The notes below the pieces were generated by a model that saw nothing but the letters and a program-made list of their open reading frames with translations, made no database searches and was not told the DNA's origin. Source: Candidatus Giovannonibacteria bacterium (GTDB taxonomy: Bacteria > Patescibacteriota > Minisyncoccia > JACPKW01 > UBA11713). From it: a DNA stretch of 64,000 nt. Made by a program: the position numbers and the translations under genes. Below, piece after piece: positions 8,921 through 18,851 of this stretch (the stretch's first letter is position 1; every line of letters starts with the position of its first letter). The stretch is from positions 13,508 to 77,507 of the forward strand of contig JACPKW010000001.1 of assembly GCA_016186825.1 (NCBI GenBank), read 5' to 3'.

Positions 8921-10582
8921 ATGGCCGGATATACAAAAATAGCGCTTACGGGTATCATGCTTCTCGCTATTTTTTTTCGGTTCTACGACCTAAAAAATAC
9001 GCCCCCCGGTCTATATGCCGACGAGGCCATGAACGGCAATAATATTCTGGAAGCGCGCGCGATGAATTCCCCGGCCGGAGGCTTGAAAGTTTTTTATAAA
9101 GACAATAACGGGCGTGAAGGCTTATTTATAAATCTGCAAGCTTTGTCGGTGGCGGCGTTTGGGAATAAACCCTGGGCGTTGCGCTTGCCATCTGCAATTT
9201 TCGGGACACTTACAGTTTTAGGCCTTTTTTACCTTTCGAGAATTTTATTTTGGGAGTCAAGATACCGCGATCACATCGCGTTAGCGGCTGCTTTTTTTAT
9301 GGCATCAAGTTTTTGGCACATCCTTTTTTCAAGAATCGGCTTTCGCGCGATCACAGCTCCATTCTTTCTAGTCTGGGGCTTATTTTTTCTCATAAAAATT
9401 TATAAAAATATCGGGTCAAGGCTATCGCAGATATTTTCGGCGATTATCGGCGGCCTTTTATTCGGTCTTGGTTTCCATAGCTATCTTTCATATCGCGTTT
9501 CACCCGCTCTCGCCTTACTTCCGATTATTGCGGGGCTCATTAAACATTGGCGTGACGAAGGCGAATTAAGAAAATTCATAATACTCAACTTTATTTTTAT
9601 TATCTTCGCGCTTGCCGCATTTCTTCCGCTCGGCCTTTATTTCATGGAAAATCCCGGAGACTTCCTTGGACGGACTTCGCAAGTTTCAATTTTTGCCACC
9701 GACTCTCCGCTTCAAAGCTTATCAGAAAATATCGTTAAAACTACAGGTATGTTTTGGGTAGCTGGCGACTTCAACTGGCGACATAATTATTCAGGATCCC
9801 CCCAGCTTTTCTGGCCAGTCGGAATCTTTTTCCTAATCGGCCTCATCCATATTTTTTATTTGATTTTCAAAAAAGGCGCAAAAAGTGAAAGCCGTTTTAA
9901 CGCCTGGTTTTTATTATTTTGGCTCTTGCTTATGCTGCTTCCGGTAATAATTTCATCGGAAGGCCTCCCGCATGCACTGCGGAGCATTATTGTTATTCCC
10001 GCGGCTATGATCATTTCAGCATGGGGCTTAAAAACCGCAATGGCCAGACTATTTAAATGGCTCTCAGGCCAAAAAGAAAGATATGACGAGTATGCCCATC
10101 AAATCAGACGGATCGGCAAAGAAATAAAAATTCTTTTAGCGGCTCTTTTGATCTTTATTGCATGGAATTCATATGATCTTTATTTCAATAACTGGGCGCT
10201 AAATCCGCAAGTATATAGCGCTTTTGACGAGCGAAAAAGCGATATCGCTAATTATCTCAATAAATTCGCGAACGATACCGAAAAAATCGTAGCGATAACG
10301 AGCGAAAGAATTGATTCGAGAATCGTGACAATTTCAAGCCAGCCAATTTTATTTGAAACTGATACATTTCTTATCGAAAAGCGGCGCGAAAAAAACTTTT
10401 ATTATCTTGCGCCTGATGAAGTTAAACAAAAATTGCGGAGTGAGTTTCCAGAAAAAGCAGTCATTGTTTTTTTAAACGATGACCCAGAGGACCAAAAGTT
10501 GATGGGCGATTTGCTGAAAGAATTTAATAAGTTTAAGGTTAGTTTTGGAGGAACCTTCATTGCCTTAGTTGCCGCGCCGTAA
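8921..10582 (+). CDS. GT-C glycosyltransferase, family 39/ArnT-PMT-like
   Basis: 553 aa and polytopic. N-terminal loop motif TPPGLYADEA (the DE catalytic pair) as in ArnT/PMT family GT39/GT83. Confidence 0.7.
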   Translation: MAGYTKIALTGIMLLAIFFRFYDLKNTPPGLYADEAMNGNNILEARAMNSPAGGLKVFYKDNNGREGLFINLQALSVAAFGNKPWALRLPSAIFGTLTVLGLFYLSRILFWESRYRDHIALAAAFFMASSFWHILFSRIGFRAITAPFFLVWGLFFLIKIYKNIGSRLSQIFSAIIGGLLFGLGFHSYLSYRVSPALALLPIIAGLIKHWRDEGELRKFIILNFIFIIFALAAFLPLGLYFMENPGDFLGRTSQVSIFATDSPLQSLSENIVKTTGMFWVAGDFNWRHNYSGSPQLFWPVGIFFLIGLIHIFYLIFKKGAKSESRFNAWFLLFWLLLMLLPVIISSEGLPHALRSIIVIPAAMIISAWGLKTAMARLFKWLSGQKERYDEYAHQIRRIGKEIKILLAALLIFIAWNSYDLYFNNWALNPQVYSAFDERKSDIANYLNKFANDTEKIVAITSERIDSRIVTISSQPILFETDTFLIEKRREKNFYYLAPDEVKQKLRSEFPEKAVIVFLNDDPEDQKLMGDLLKEFNKFKVSFGGTFIALVAAP

Positions 10583-10692
10583 TTTAATGAACGCAAAAAT
10601 ACTGATCGCCAAAATTACGACCAAAAATTCCGGCGGAAATAATATTTTTAAAATTGAAATAAGGGATTGCATTATTATTTTTTTATCTTGTT

Positions 10693-12528
10693 ATGAAAAA
10701 AAGTAACATAATAGCGCTCACAATGCTAGTGGTTATGTTTGTTTTGCTCGTTTCATCGACATTAAACGACACAGCGACCTTCGATGAAATTGCGCATATC
10801 GGCGCGGGGTTTACATATCTTCAGCTAAAAGACTCTCGATTAAATCCTGAACATCCTCCATTGATGAAAGACATTGCGGCGATTGGACTCTTGTTCTTGA
10901 ATCTCAATTATGAACATCCTCAGCCGTTCTGGAATGCGCCAGATGTAAATGAGCGCCAATGGGTTAATGGAAATTACCTTCTTTACGGCTCCGGAAACAA
11001 TCCCGATCAGATTCTAATTTGGTCGCGCCTTCCAATAATGATCCTTGCGATCATTTTCGGATGGCTCCTTTACCTCTGGGTGCAGTCGTTATATGGATCG
11101 CGCGTAAGCATTCTTGTCTTAACTTTTTATGCTTTTTCGCCAACATTTCTAGCACATTCCAGATACGTTACGACTGATCTCGCCGCGGCGTTTGGATTTT
11201 TTATAGGCATCGCAACTTTTCTCCGTTTTCTTGAAAAGCCCTCAATAAAAAGAACGGGAATAGCGGGGCTCGCGCTTGGGATTGCGCTTCTTCTTAAATT
11301 TTCGCTATTCTTATTAATCCCAATTTACGGAGCACTGATAATTCTCTGGACTATTCTCAAAGCCCGCGAAACAGATGACAATCTGCGGCAAAAATTAATT
11401 TACTTCCTCAAGCTGCTTTGGTCTTACATTACAAAAATAATTTTAATCGCAGTTATTGCGCTCGCTGTAATTTGGCTTGTTTATCTTTGGCATGTTTGGA
11501 ATTATCCGCAAACCGAGCAAATTCGGGATGCGCGATCAGTTCTCGGATCCTTCGGGATTAGGCCGCTGGCCGAATTAGATTTCAAACTTATTGAAAACGG
11601 CCTCACGCGTCCCTTCGGCCAATATCTTCTCGGCCTTCTTATGAACATTCAGCGCGCAGCTGGCGGCAATACTGCGTACTTTCTTGGTGAAGTTTCCGCC
11701 GGCGGGTGGATACTATATTTTCCAACAGCTTACCTGCTTAAAGAATCACTTGCCCTGCACATCTTAACTCTGCTCGCCTTGTTTATCGCGCTTGCCAATG
11801 TTTTGAAAGCTAAAAATAAAAGCATCGGTTCAGCATTGGACTGGTTTAGCAATAATTTTGTCTTAACCGCAAGTCTGGTCTTTATAGCATTTTATTGGCT
11901 TTATTCCATGAGAAGCCCGCTCAACATCGGTGTGCGCCATGTCCTGCCAACCTTTCCATTCATTTATCTTCTGGTTTCGAGAGAAGTCGCGCGCTGGATA
12001 TATCGCCCTTCCTTCGAAGAACCAGTTGGTTTTTTGAATTGGCTGCATGCGTTATACGAAAAATTCATCGAACCTATTCCAAGGCTGATATTTTTAAGCT
12101 TGGTTATCTTATGGATGTCGCTTTCCGCGTTTATAACATTCCCCTACTATTTATCTTATTATAACGAGCTTGTGGGGATTGATAACGGATACAAATATAT
12201 AAACGATTCAAACTATGATTGGGGCCAGGACTTGAAGCGTTTGCGTGAAGAAATGGACAGAAGAAATATTGAACATATTTACCTAAATTACTTTGGCGGG
12301 GGGTCTCTCAAGTATTACTTAGGCGAACGGGTGACTAATTGGTGGTCCGCGAAAGGCGCACCGCCATCAGGATCTTACTTTGCCGTTTCAGCAACCATGC
12401 TCGCAGGCGCACAGGGGAAAGCTGTGGGAGATATAAAAATCAAGCCCGAAGACTCCTATTCCTGGCTCAAGGGGCAAGATCCAATAGCACGTGGCGGAAA
12501 ATCAATCCTGATTTTCCGGATTCCGTGA
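10693..12528 (+). CDS. GT-C glycosyltransferase, family 39/PMT-like (second copy)
   Basis: 611 aa and polytopic. TFDEIAHIGAGFTY (DE motif in the first loop). A paralogous architecture to the gene at 8921-10582. Confidence 0.7.
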   Translation: MKKSNIIALTMLVVMFVLLVSSTLNDTATFDEIAHIGAGFTYLQLKDSRLNPEHPPLMKDIAAIGLLFLNLNYEHPQPFWNAPDVNERQWVNGNYLLYGSGNNPDQILIWSRLPIMILAIIFGWLLYLWVQSLYGSRVSILVLTFYAFSPTFLAHSRYVTTDLAAAFGFFIGIATFLRFLEKPSIKRTGIAGLALGIALLLKFSLFLLIPIYGALIILWTILKARETDDNLRQKLIYFLKLLWSYITKIILIAVIALAVIWLVYLWHVWNYPQTEQIRDARSVLGSFGIRPLAELDFKLIENGLTRPFGQYLLGLLMNIQRAAGGNTAYFLGEVSAGGWILYFPTAYLLKESLALHILTLLALFIALANVLKAKNKSIGSALDWFSNNFVLTASLVFIAFYWLYSMRSPLNIGVRHVLPTFPFIYLLVSREVARWIYRPSFEEPVGFLNWLHALYEKFIEPIPRLIFLSLVILWMSLSAFITFPYYLSYYNELVGIDNGYKYINDSNYDWGQDLKRLREEMDRRNIEHIYLNYFGGGSLKYYLGERVTNWWSAKGAPPSGSYFAVSATMLAGAQGKAVGDIKIKPEDSYSWLKGQDPIARGGKSILIFRIP

Positions 12529-12534
12529 AGCGGC

Positions 12535-13332
12535 TTAGTCTTTAAGGCGGTAAAAAACTTTATTTGGAAAACGAAGATCAATGTATTCAATTTGGTCTTT
12601 GAGAATAGCAAGCTCGGAGCTAAGGCTCACCGACAGATTTTCAAGCGCTATCCGCGGGTCCAATTCAAAATCAAATATCAATCTGCGGTCAGATTTTAAA
12701 ATAAGCTCCGCTTCTGAATGTTCTTTAAGCGCGACACTTTCAATATCTTCGTCCAATTTTTCCTCAACCTTTTCAACCAACAAAACTAAATTTTTAAAAT
12801 GGCCGGCAGGAAGAACGTAATTGCCAAAATTATTTTCGCCTCTCTTGTCAAAAATTTTTAAAACCGCGGTTCCGGATAAGAAAGGCGCTTTGGCAAAAAC
12901 AAAACCGCTTCTGTCAACAAGTGAACAGTCATTTTCGCTGCCTTCGCGGCAGACCACTGCCCAGCTTTTGCGTAGCGCAGTTTTAATAACTACAGTGCTT
13001 GGATATTTTTTCTCTACTGCAGGCTGATCAAAACGCGGATCTGATTCCAGCATGGATTTAATCTCGCCAGTCGCTGCTATCAAAATATTATCTTTCGGAA
13101 AAATATAAAAATATTTTTTTGATAAAATGCTCTCCGCATCAGTTTTTATTTTATCCGCTAAATCGCCGGCTACGCCCTCAACGGTTATTGAAGAAATTCG
13201 GAATTTAGGATAATAAAACGCGAAAAGTATAACCAAAAAAAGAACGGCAATTCCTCCCAAAGTGCCGTAAATTTTAAACAGCGCCCTACGCCTTTTTCGC
13301 TTGCGCGATAACTCGAGAAGGTCTTTTGACAT
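12535..13332 (-). CDS. FtsQ/DivIB-like cell-division protein with a POTRA domain
   Basis: 265 aa. Basic N-terminus, single TM (GGIAVLFLVILFAFYY), then a POTRA-like ISSITVEGVAG segment. Confidence 0.45.
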   Translation of the reverse strand: MSKDLLELSRKRKRRRALFKIYGTLGGIAVLFLVILFAFYYPKFRISSITVEGVAGDLADKIKTDAESILSKKYFYIFPKDNILIAATGEIKSMLESDPRFDQPAVEKKYPSTVVIKTALRKSWAVVCREGSENDCSLVDRSGFVFAKAPFLSGTAVLKIFDKRGENNFGNYVLPAGHFKNLVLLVEKVEEKLDEDIESVALKEHSEAELILKSDRRLIFDFELDPRIALENLSVSLSSELAILKDQIEYIDLRFPNKVFYRLKD

Positions 13333-13340
13333 ATCAAAAA

Positions 13341-14615
13341 TTAAGGCTTGTCTTTGGGCAAAATCTTATCAGCGCCCATATATTTTCTCAAGGCTTCGGG
13401 AATTGAAACCGAACCGTCTTCTTGCTGGTGATTTTCCAAAATCGCATTAAAAATTCTTGGAGTTGCAAGCGCGGTATTATTGAGCGAATGCGCAAATAAA
13501 ATTTTCCCATCGCGCGTTTTGTAGCGAATTTTCAATCGCCGTGTTTGGAAATCATGAATGATTGAAGAAGAATGAGTTTCCCGATAGCGCTGCTCCGAAG
13601 GAATCCAGCATTCAATGTCGTACATTTTTACAGCGCCAAAAGGCAAGTCGCCCGATGAATTAATCATCAACCGGTACGGAAGTTCAAGCGCCCTTACTAT
13701 CTCTTCTGAATATCCAGTTAACTCCTCATGCCATTTAACTGATTCCTGATGTTCAGCTTTACATAAAACTATCTGCTCAACTTTCATGAATTCATGAACT
13801 CGAAAGAGCCCCTTTTCATCTTTGCCATATGAGCCAGCCTCTCTTCTGTAACAAGCCGAGAACGCAGCATACTTAATAGGGAGATCATCTTCCGATAAAA
13901 TTTCGTCTTCATGATAGCCCATCATTGGAATTTCCGCAGTCGGTGAGAGCAGTAGTTTGTCTTCCGTGCCATATAGATCCTCTCTAAATAAAGGGAGCTT
14001 GCCAGTTTCAGTAAAAATATTTTCTCGAACCAATGCGGGTGAAATAAAAGGCGTAAATCCCTTTTGGGCCATAGAATCAAGCGCAAGTTGCCAAAGCGCA
14101 AAAGATAACTTCACGCCTTCGTTTTTTAAAAAATAGCCGCGAAAGCCCGAAATTTTTACCCCGCGCTCGAAGTCAGCCAAGTCGAGGCTCGCTAAAAGCT
14201 CAGCACTCGATTTTATCTTAAATGAAAATTGAGGAATGGGGCCGGAGTTCCTAAGTTCCAAATTGTCGGCGTCAGAATAGCCCTCGGGAACAGTCGGGTC
14301 AGGAGTATTAGGTATTTTTAACAAAAGATCATTAAATTCCTTTTCGATTTTATTAAGCTCATCTTCTTTTCTCCCAAGAATGTCTTTAAGGGCGCGCATC
14401 GCGATTAACGCAGCTTCTTTTTCTTTTTCTGAACCATGCACGATATCCTGCGAGGCCTTGTTCTGATTTGCGCGCATATTCTCAACTTCCTGCAGTAAGG
14501 CGCGGCGCATTTCATCGATTTCGAAAAAACGGTTTATGTCAAAATCAAAATGCCGCTTCCTGATCGCTTCGCGCAAGAGCTCTTTATTTTCCCGAATGAA
14601 CTTGAGATCGAGCAT
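13341..14615 (-). CDS. serS: seryl-tRNA synthetase
   Basis: 424 aa. N-terminal coiled-coil arm MLDLKFIREN, then class II motifs (FRVHEF, GDLPFGAVKMYDIECW, ETHSSS). Confidence 0.9.
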   Translation of the reverse strand: MLDLKFIRENKELLREAIRKRHFDFDINRFFEIDEMRRALLQEVENMRANQNKASQDIVHGSEKEKEAALIAMRALKDILGRKEDELNKIEKEFNDLLLKIPNTPDPTVPEGYSDADNLELRNSGPIPQFSFKIKSSAELLASLDLADFERGVKISGFRGYFLKNEGVKLSFALWQLALDSMAQKGFTPFISPALVRENIFTETGKLPLFREDLYGTEDKLLLSPTAEIPMMGYHEDEILSEDDLPIKYAAFSACYRREAGSYGKDEKGLFRVHEFMKVEQIVLCKAEHQESVKWHEELTGYSEEIVRALELPYRLMINSSGDLPFGAVKMYDIECWIPSEQRYRETHSSSIIHDFQTRRLKIRYKTRDGKILFAHSLNNTALATPRIFNAILENHQQEDGSVSIPEALRKYMGADKILPKDKP

Positions 14616-14675
14616 TAATAAAAATTATACATATTATTATACATCACTCTCATTTTTTTTCTAGTTAAGAAACCT

Positions 14676-14706
14676 AAAAACTCCCGAGGCTTGCTCGGGA
14701 GTTTTT
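14676..14706. terminator. bidirectional intrinsic terminator
   Basis: AAAAA-CTCCCGAG-gcttg-CTCGGGAG-TTTTT, read directly. Just downstream of the minus-strand gene ending at 14727. Confidence 0.65.
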
Positions 14707-14726
14707 AAGAAACTTTTTTACGGTGT

Positions 14727-15173
14727 TTAAAATCTGCGCTCGCGAAGAGGAAAGCCTTCAAAAAGCGGATCATGCGCCCAGAAGAAATATGCGTTTTTAA
14801 TTACACGCCGTCCAAAAAAAGCAGCAAGAAGCATGGCGGAAATAATGATCAGCAAGGAATCAATTTCTGTATACCGGAGCGTTGAGACAAAATAATGCGA
14901 TAGGCCTGAAATATTGCCATGCGAGAACTTCAAAAATAAAGTTCTGTTTATGTCTCCAAGATTTACAGCGGAAAGTTCCATGTATAATACGAACAGCGCA
15001 ACTGGCAAAACGCAAATTGCAGGCACGATAACTTTCCTAAGAAACCACGAAACATAAACCCGCCTCATTAAGTGCTCCTTAAAATTTCCGAGCTCCTGGT
15101 CATTCCAGCTTAAACTTCCCGTGATCGGGCTCACATAATCTTCTTTTTCAGTTTGAATTCTAGACATACTCAT
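14727..15173 (-). CDS. membrane protein, candidate anti-sigma factor
   Basis: 148 aa with a 40-aa cytoplasmic N-terminus then TM helices. It sits immediately downstream of an ECF sigma factor gene with a 5-bp gap. The function is inferred from context only. Confidence 0.4.
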   Translation of the reverse strand: MSMSRIQTEKEDYVSPITGSLSWNDQELGNFKEHLMRRVYVSWFLRKVIVPAICVLPVALFVLYMELSAVNLGDINRTLFLKFSHGNISGLSHYFVSTLRYTEIDSLLIIISAMLLAAFFGRRVIKNAYFFWAHDPLFEGFPLRERRF

Positions 15174-15178
15174 ATAAA

Positions 15179-15796
15179 TTATAATATGTGACCTTTAAGC
15201 GCAGATTTTTCTTCTCCACTTTCGAGAAGTTTTCGGAAAAGTTCTCGCGCCCTGAATAATCTCATTTTCAGCGCGGGAATAGTAATATTTTTCTCGCGTG
15301 AAATTTCAGCATAAGATAACTCTTTCAAATAATGCATTTCTAAAAGCTCGCGGAGATCTCTTGGCATTTTCTCAAGAATCTCTTTGACCAGAATATTTGA
15401 ATTCATTTCACCCGCAATATCCTTATCTTTTAACACATCATAAAACATCGTGTCAAGATACTCTGTTTCGCCGGCATGCCTTTTTGTTTTTCGATAATGA
15501 GTGAGCGCCGTATTAAATACTATCCGATAAGCCCAGCTTTTGAATTTCGAATCGTTATCCTGCCTAAGCTGGTCTGAAAACCGGTAGATTTTTAAAAAAG
15601 CCTCCTGCACAGAGTCCTCCGCCGCTTCTTTTGAATTCAAAATGCGCCCGGCCATGCGCAAAAATGGCTTTTGATAGCGCTCTACTAATATTTCAAAGAG
15701 ATCAGGAAATTGCTTCGCGGCCACAAGAATAGCTTCATCGGTCGCTTCCTCCATGGCCTGATTCATATTAAGCTGTGCTTCTTCCAGCATCTCCAA
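15179..15796 (-). CDS. RNA polymerase sigma-70 family, ECF-type sigma factor
   Basis: 205 aa. Region 2 motif VQEAFLKIYRF and region 4 HTH (LRELLEMHYLKELSYAEISREKNITIPALKMRLFRARELF). Confidence 0.7.
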   Translation of the reverse strand: MEMLEEAQLNMNQAMEEATDEAILVAAKQFPDLFEILVERYQKPFLRMAGRILNSKEAAEDSVQEAFLKIYRFSDQLRQDNDSKFKSWAYRIVFNTALTHYRKTKRHAGETEYLDTMFYDVLKDKDIAGEMNSNILVKEILEKMPRDLRELLEMHYLKELSYAEISREKNITIPALKMRLFRARELFRKLLESGEEKSALKGHIL

Positions 15797-16033
15797 ATTA
15801 TACCTAATATTCGGATAAAATCGAACCTTTATTATTAAAACTTTTAATTAAATTAATCAGTTTCAAAACTGTCAATACTTGGGGGTTAATTTCGGATCTT
15901 GCCGTGGAATAAGAATCAATGTGGAGTCAGAGCTTTTGAAACCGAAATATAAACTTCAATGTTTTTTATTTATAGAAGCACAAAGGTCGTAGTTTATCAT
16001 ATAAGAACGATCCCGCAACCTGCGGGGACGAAG

Positions 16034-16066
16034 AACCGGTGCCATGAAGAGGCCGGTTTTTTGTTT
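16034..16066 (+). terminator. intrinsic terminator-like hairpin, candidate attenuator
   Basis: AACCGG-13-nt loop-CCGGTT followed by TTTTTTGTTT, preceded by a second hairpin CCCGCA-acc-TGCGGG at 16012-16027. It lies 35 nt upstream of a plus-strand ORF with no plus-strand gene before it. Confidence 0.45.
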
Positions 16067-16098
16067 ATGCACACGGCATTCAAATATACGCGGTTAGA

Positions 16099-16305
16099 AT
16101 GATATCAATGGCAAATGACGCTCCAAAAATGAAGGGGAAGCGGGCGCGGGACAAAGGCACTGGTCGGCTTAGAAAAAAACGCTCAGATACAAAGGTTAAA
16201 TCAGTCGAGAAAAAATACGGCCGCCTGCTTGGAAAAGACGGACTACAGCTTGGCACTCTTCTGAAAAGACTGCATAAAAAGTCACTGAAAAAACTTCTTA
16301 AATAA
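16099..16305 (+). CDS. very basic small protein (hypothetical)
   Basis: 68 aa, lysine/arginine-rich (KGKRARDKGTGRLRKKR). No clear SD, so uncertain. Confidence 0.3.
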   Translation: MISMANDAPKMKGKRARDKGTGRLRKKRSDTKVKSVEKKYGRLLGKDGLQLGTLLKRLHKKSLKKLLK

Positions 16306-16324
16306 GAAAAGCTTACTCACGCTT

Positions 16325-16720
16325 TCACGCTTTCAGCTTTCGCGATGTCCTTTTTAAAGACTGACACCGAGCCAACCGAGCAAGCTCGATAAATTTAGGC
16401 CAATACCAAGCCATGCTTAACTCCGAATCATCAGTGGGATTGATACCCCAACATCCATCGTCTCTTTTCAAAATATGCGCAATATCATTCCCCCTGCAAA
16501 TCCGGAAAATTCGTTTTTTGGGGTCAAATGTTATCTCGTTTGGCCCCAATTTAAAAGAACGCCGGCTCCCAGCACGCCTTGAAACATTCAGCAGAAATTC
16601 ATAAAAAAACATAGCGCGCGTAGAACGCTTAAAACTCCATGGCCTCATTTTAACCCTCCTCTCGATGTTAAAGAAAAAATTAAAGAAAGCTTTTCTCTGA
16701 TGCGCAATACAATTATTCAA
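16325..16720 (-). CDS. hypothetical protein
   Basis: 131-aa ORF. No recognised motif. The start may be an internal Met (MRPWSF). Confidence 0.4.
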   Translation of the reverse strand: MNNCIAHQRKAFFNFFFNIERRVKMRPWSFKRSTRAMFFYEFLLNVSRRAGSRRSFKLGPNEITFDPKKRIFRICRGNDIAHILKRDDGCWGINPTDDSELSMAWYWPKFIELARLARCQSLKRTSRKLKA

Positions 16721-16722
16721 TA

Positions 16723-17109
16723 CTATTTATTTGCTCCGAGTTTTTCCTTTACTCTCTTTTTTAAATCCTCCAAAGTCCAGCGGTTTTTTACAATATACTC
16801 AAAAACTCCGTTTTCCAAGGCTTCCACCGTCTTTTTCGCATTGCCCTCAATGTTAGTCAAAATTAAGACCGGTGCATTTTTGCCCCATTTGTCTTCGCGA
16901 AGCTTTTTTAACATCTTCATGCCATCCATCTTCGGCATGATCAAATCAAGCAATATCAAATCTGGCTTTTCATTAAACGCAAGCTTTAAACCGGCTTGTC
17001 CATCACTCGCAATGTAAACTTTATAACCCGATTTTGTAAATTCTTCTTTAAGAATTCCTAGAAGCGGCTTCTCATCTTCAACAATGAGAAGCTTGTTCTT
17101 CGTTTTCAT
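16723..17109 (-). CDS. response regulator, stand-alone receiver (CheY-like) domain
   Basis: 128 aa. LLIVEDE acidic pocket, phospho-acceptor Asp in LILLDLIMP, then conserved T and K positions. Confidence 0.75.
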   Translation of the reverse strand: MKTKNKLLIVEDEKPLLGILKEEFTKSGYKVYIASDGQAGLKLAFNEKPDLILLDLIMPKMDGMKMLKKLREDKWGKNAPVLILTNIEGNAKKTVEALENGVFEYIVKNRWTLEDLKKRVKEKLGANK

Positions 17110-17154
17110 GATTTCAGACTATGCTTCATAACAGCTAATGTCAAACTAAAAAAA

Positions 17155-17760
17155 TTATTTTATTGTGAAAAGTCCGTCGCTTGAATCAAACGCACAGCCC
17201 ATTTGAGGTTTTTCCAAACGGCAGCTGACGCCTCCGAGAATTAATACTTGATATTTGCCTGCTTTCAGGCTCTCTGAAACTCTGTAAGAATACGAACCCC
17301 TGTTCTGAATTCCTTTAATGAAAATAGATGACGGAAAAATTTCCTGCCCGCCCGCCATTGAACTTTGGGCGAAAGAAATCGCATTTGGAATTATTTTTGC
17401 AGTCGGGATTAATATTGCATAGAAATTCGCATTGGCCGGAAGTTTCGAACTCCAAGATAAATTATATTGCTTCCCCCTTTGCCAAACTTCTCCGCCATTA
17501 GGGCTAAATAAAGTCACATCGCCGCCAGATTTTGGCTGAGTTTTTTTCTCAAGAACACCTGATGAAGTGGCAACTAAAGGAGAATCTGCATTTTGATTTT
17601 CATCCGAAGAACCCGCACTCAATGTGGGCATCGAGTCATTAGGCTTATCTGCAGATTTTCTTAATACAGCCGCATATATAACTGCTGCTGCCGCGAGAAT
17701 CAGTAAAACGCTTGCCGCAGCAGTTTTATGATTTTCAATAAATTTTGTACCTGCTTCCAT
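17155..17760 (-). CDS. hypothetical secreted protein
   Basis: 201 aa with an N-terminal TM/signal (AAASVLLILAAAAVIYAAV) and a Ser/Pro-rich linker. Confidence 0.5.
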   Translation of the reverse strand: MEAGTKFIENHKTAAASVLLILAAAAVIYAAVLRKSADKPNDSMPTLSAGSSDENQNADSPLVATSSGVLEKKTQPKSGGDVTLFSPNGGEVWQRGKQYNLSWSSKLPANANFYAILIPTAKIIPNAISFAQSSMAGGQEIFPSSIFIKGIQNRGSYSYRVSESLKAGKYQVLILGGVSCRLEKPQMGCAFDSSDGLFTIK

Positions 17761-17816
17761 TTAAAAAAGCTTAATTAACAAATGGAGACGATTGCAATAA
17801 TCTATTTCTTACAGCT

Positions 17817-18116
17817 TTAATTTTTTAAATAAATGCCCTGAATCCTAACCGCTTCGTCTGTGACGACTTCACCTTCATAATCTCCGCTATGGCGTGAAGA
17901 TCCGGAGTAACTTGGCTTTTTTTGATCCAGATGCAGATTTAAAAATAATGTGTTTCCTTCCTCTTTGACATAGCAATGAAAGCGCGGATAGTCTCCACCC
18001 ATCAAACTTTTAACACAGTTGAGCTCGCCCTCAGGCGTCCTGTCAATCGGGACGTAACCGCAATTACGCATAAAATCGAGGAGATTCTTATTGAAATTAT
18101 CAAATCTCAATTTCAT
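17817..18116 (-). CDS. hypothetical protein
   Basis: 99-aa ORF. No recognised motif. Confidence 0.4.
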   Translation of the reverse strand: MKLRFDNFNKNLLDFMRNCGYVPIDRTPEGELNCVKSLMGGDYPRFHCYVKEEGNTLFLNLHLDQKKPSYSGSSRHSGDYEGEVVTDEAVRIQGIYLKN

Positions 18117-18155
18117 AAAATAATACTAGATAAATTAGCACACTATAAAAACCAG

Positions 18156-18836
18156 TCAAAGCATGTTTTTGGAAAACCTGCGCATAAACTGTTCGAGCCG
18201 GTCGCGATAAAAATATGCGAATGCGGCAAAAACCAGCATTAGTGCGAAAAGAATGGCTGATTGGATCACTCTCCCCTGTTTTACTCCGCTTCCCACCACG
18301 CTCAAAACAGCATAACCTGGAAGACGGCCTATTATTGAAATGGACATGAGTGTTCTGATTTTTATTTTGGTAAGCCCTGCAATGTAGCAAATAGCATCGT
18401 CAGGAAATGCCGGAAGTAAAAATATCAAAAATAAAACGAACGTTCCGTTTTCTGAAATCAGATAATCAAACTTGTTAAGAATTTTTTTACTTACGAACCG
18501 CTCGACCAGCGGCCTCCCAAATTTTTTTGCAGCGATAAAAATTAAAAAGAAACCAAAAGCGGCGCCGATTATTCCGTAAACCGTCCCCCAGAAGGCACCG
18601 AAAAGATACCCGCCTACGAATCCTGTAACTTGCCCGGGGATGGGGGCAGCAAGCACTTGCAAAAATTGCAGTAGCATGAAAACCAGAGGTCCCCAAGCGC
18701 CATATCCTCTTATATAAGCTTCAATTCGATCGGGATTTCTAAAAAACTCCCACCCCCAAATGCTTATCCAAATAACAAAAATCGCAATAAAAACAGTTCC
18801 GAGAATCGGTATTGTTAGATTCTTAAGCCTATTCAC
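18156..18836 (-). CDS. DedA/TVP38-TMEM64 (VTT-domain) family membrane protein
   Basis: 226 aa. FLQVLAAPIPGQVTGFVGGYLFG is the VTT-domain core. Confidence 0.7.
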   Translation of the reverse strand: MNRLKNLTIPILGTVFIAIFVIWISIWGWEFFRNPDRIEAYIRGYGAWGPLVFMLLQFLQVLAAPIPGQVTGFVGGYLFGAFWGTVYGIIGAAFGFFLIFIAAKKFGRPLVERFVSKKILNKFDYLISENGTFVLFLIFLLPAFPDDAICYIAGLTKIKIRTLMSISIIGRLPGYAVLSVVGSGVKQGRVIQSAILFALMLVFAAFAYFYRDRLEQFMRRFSKNML

Positions 18837-18851
18837 TCTTTTAAGTTACCA

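Noticed and set aside
16413-17017. Plus-strand ORFs 16413-16604 and 16700-17017
   Set aside because: Antisense to the response-regulator and neighbouring minus-strand genes, whose REC-domain motifs make the minus-strand reading clearly correct.
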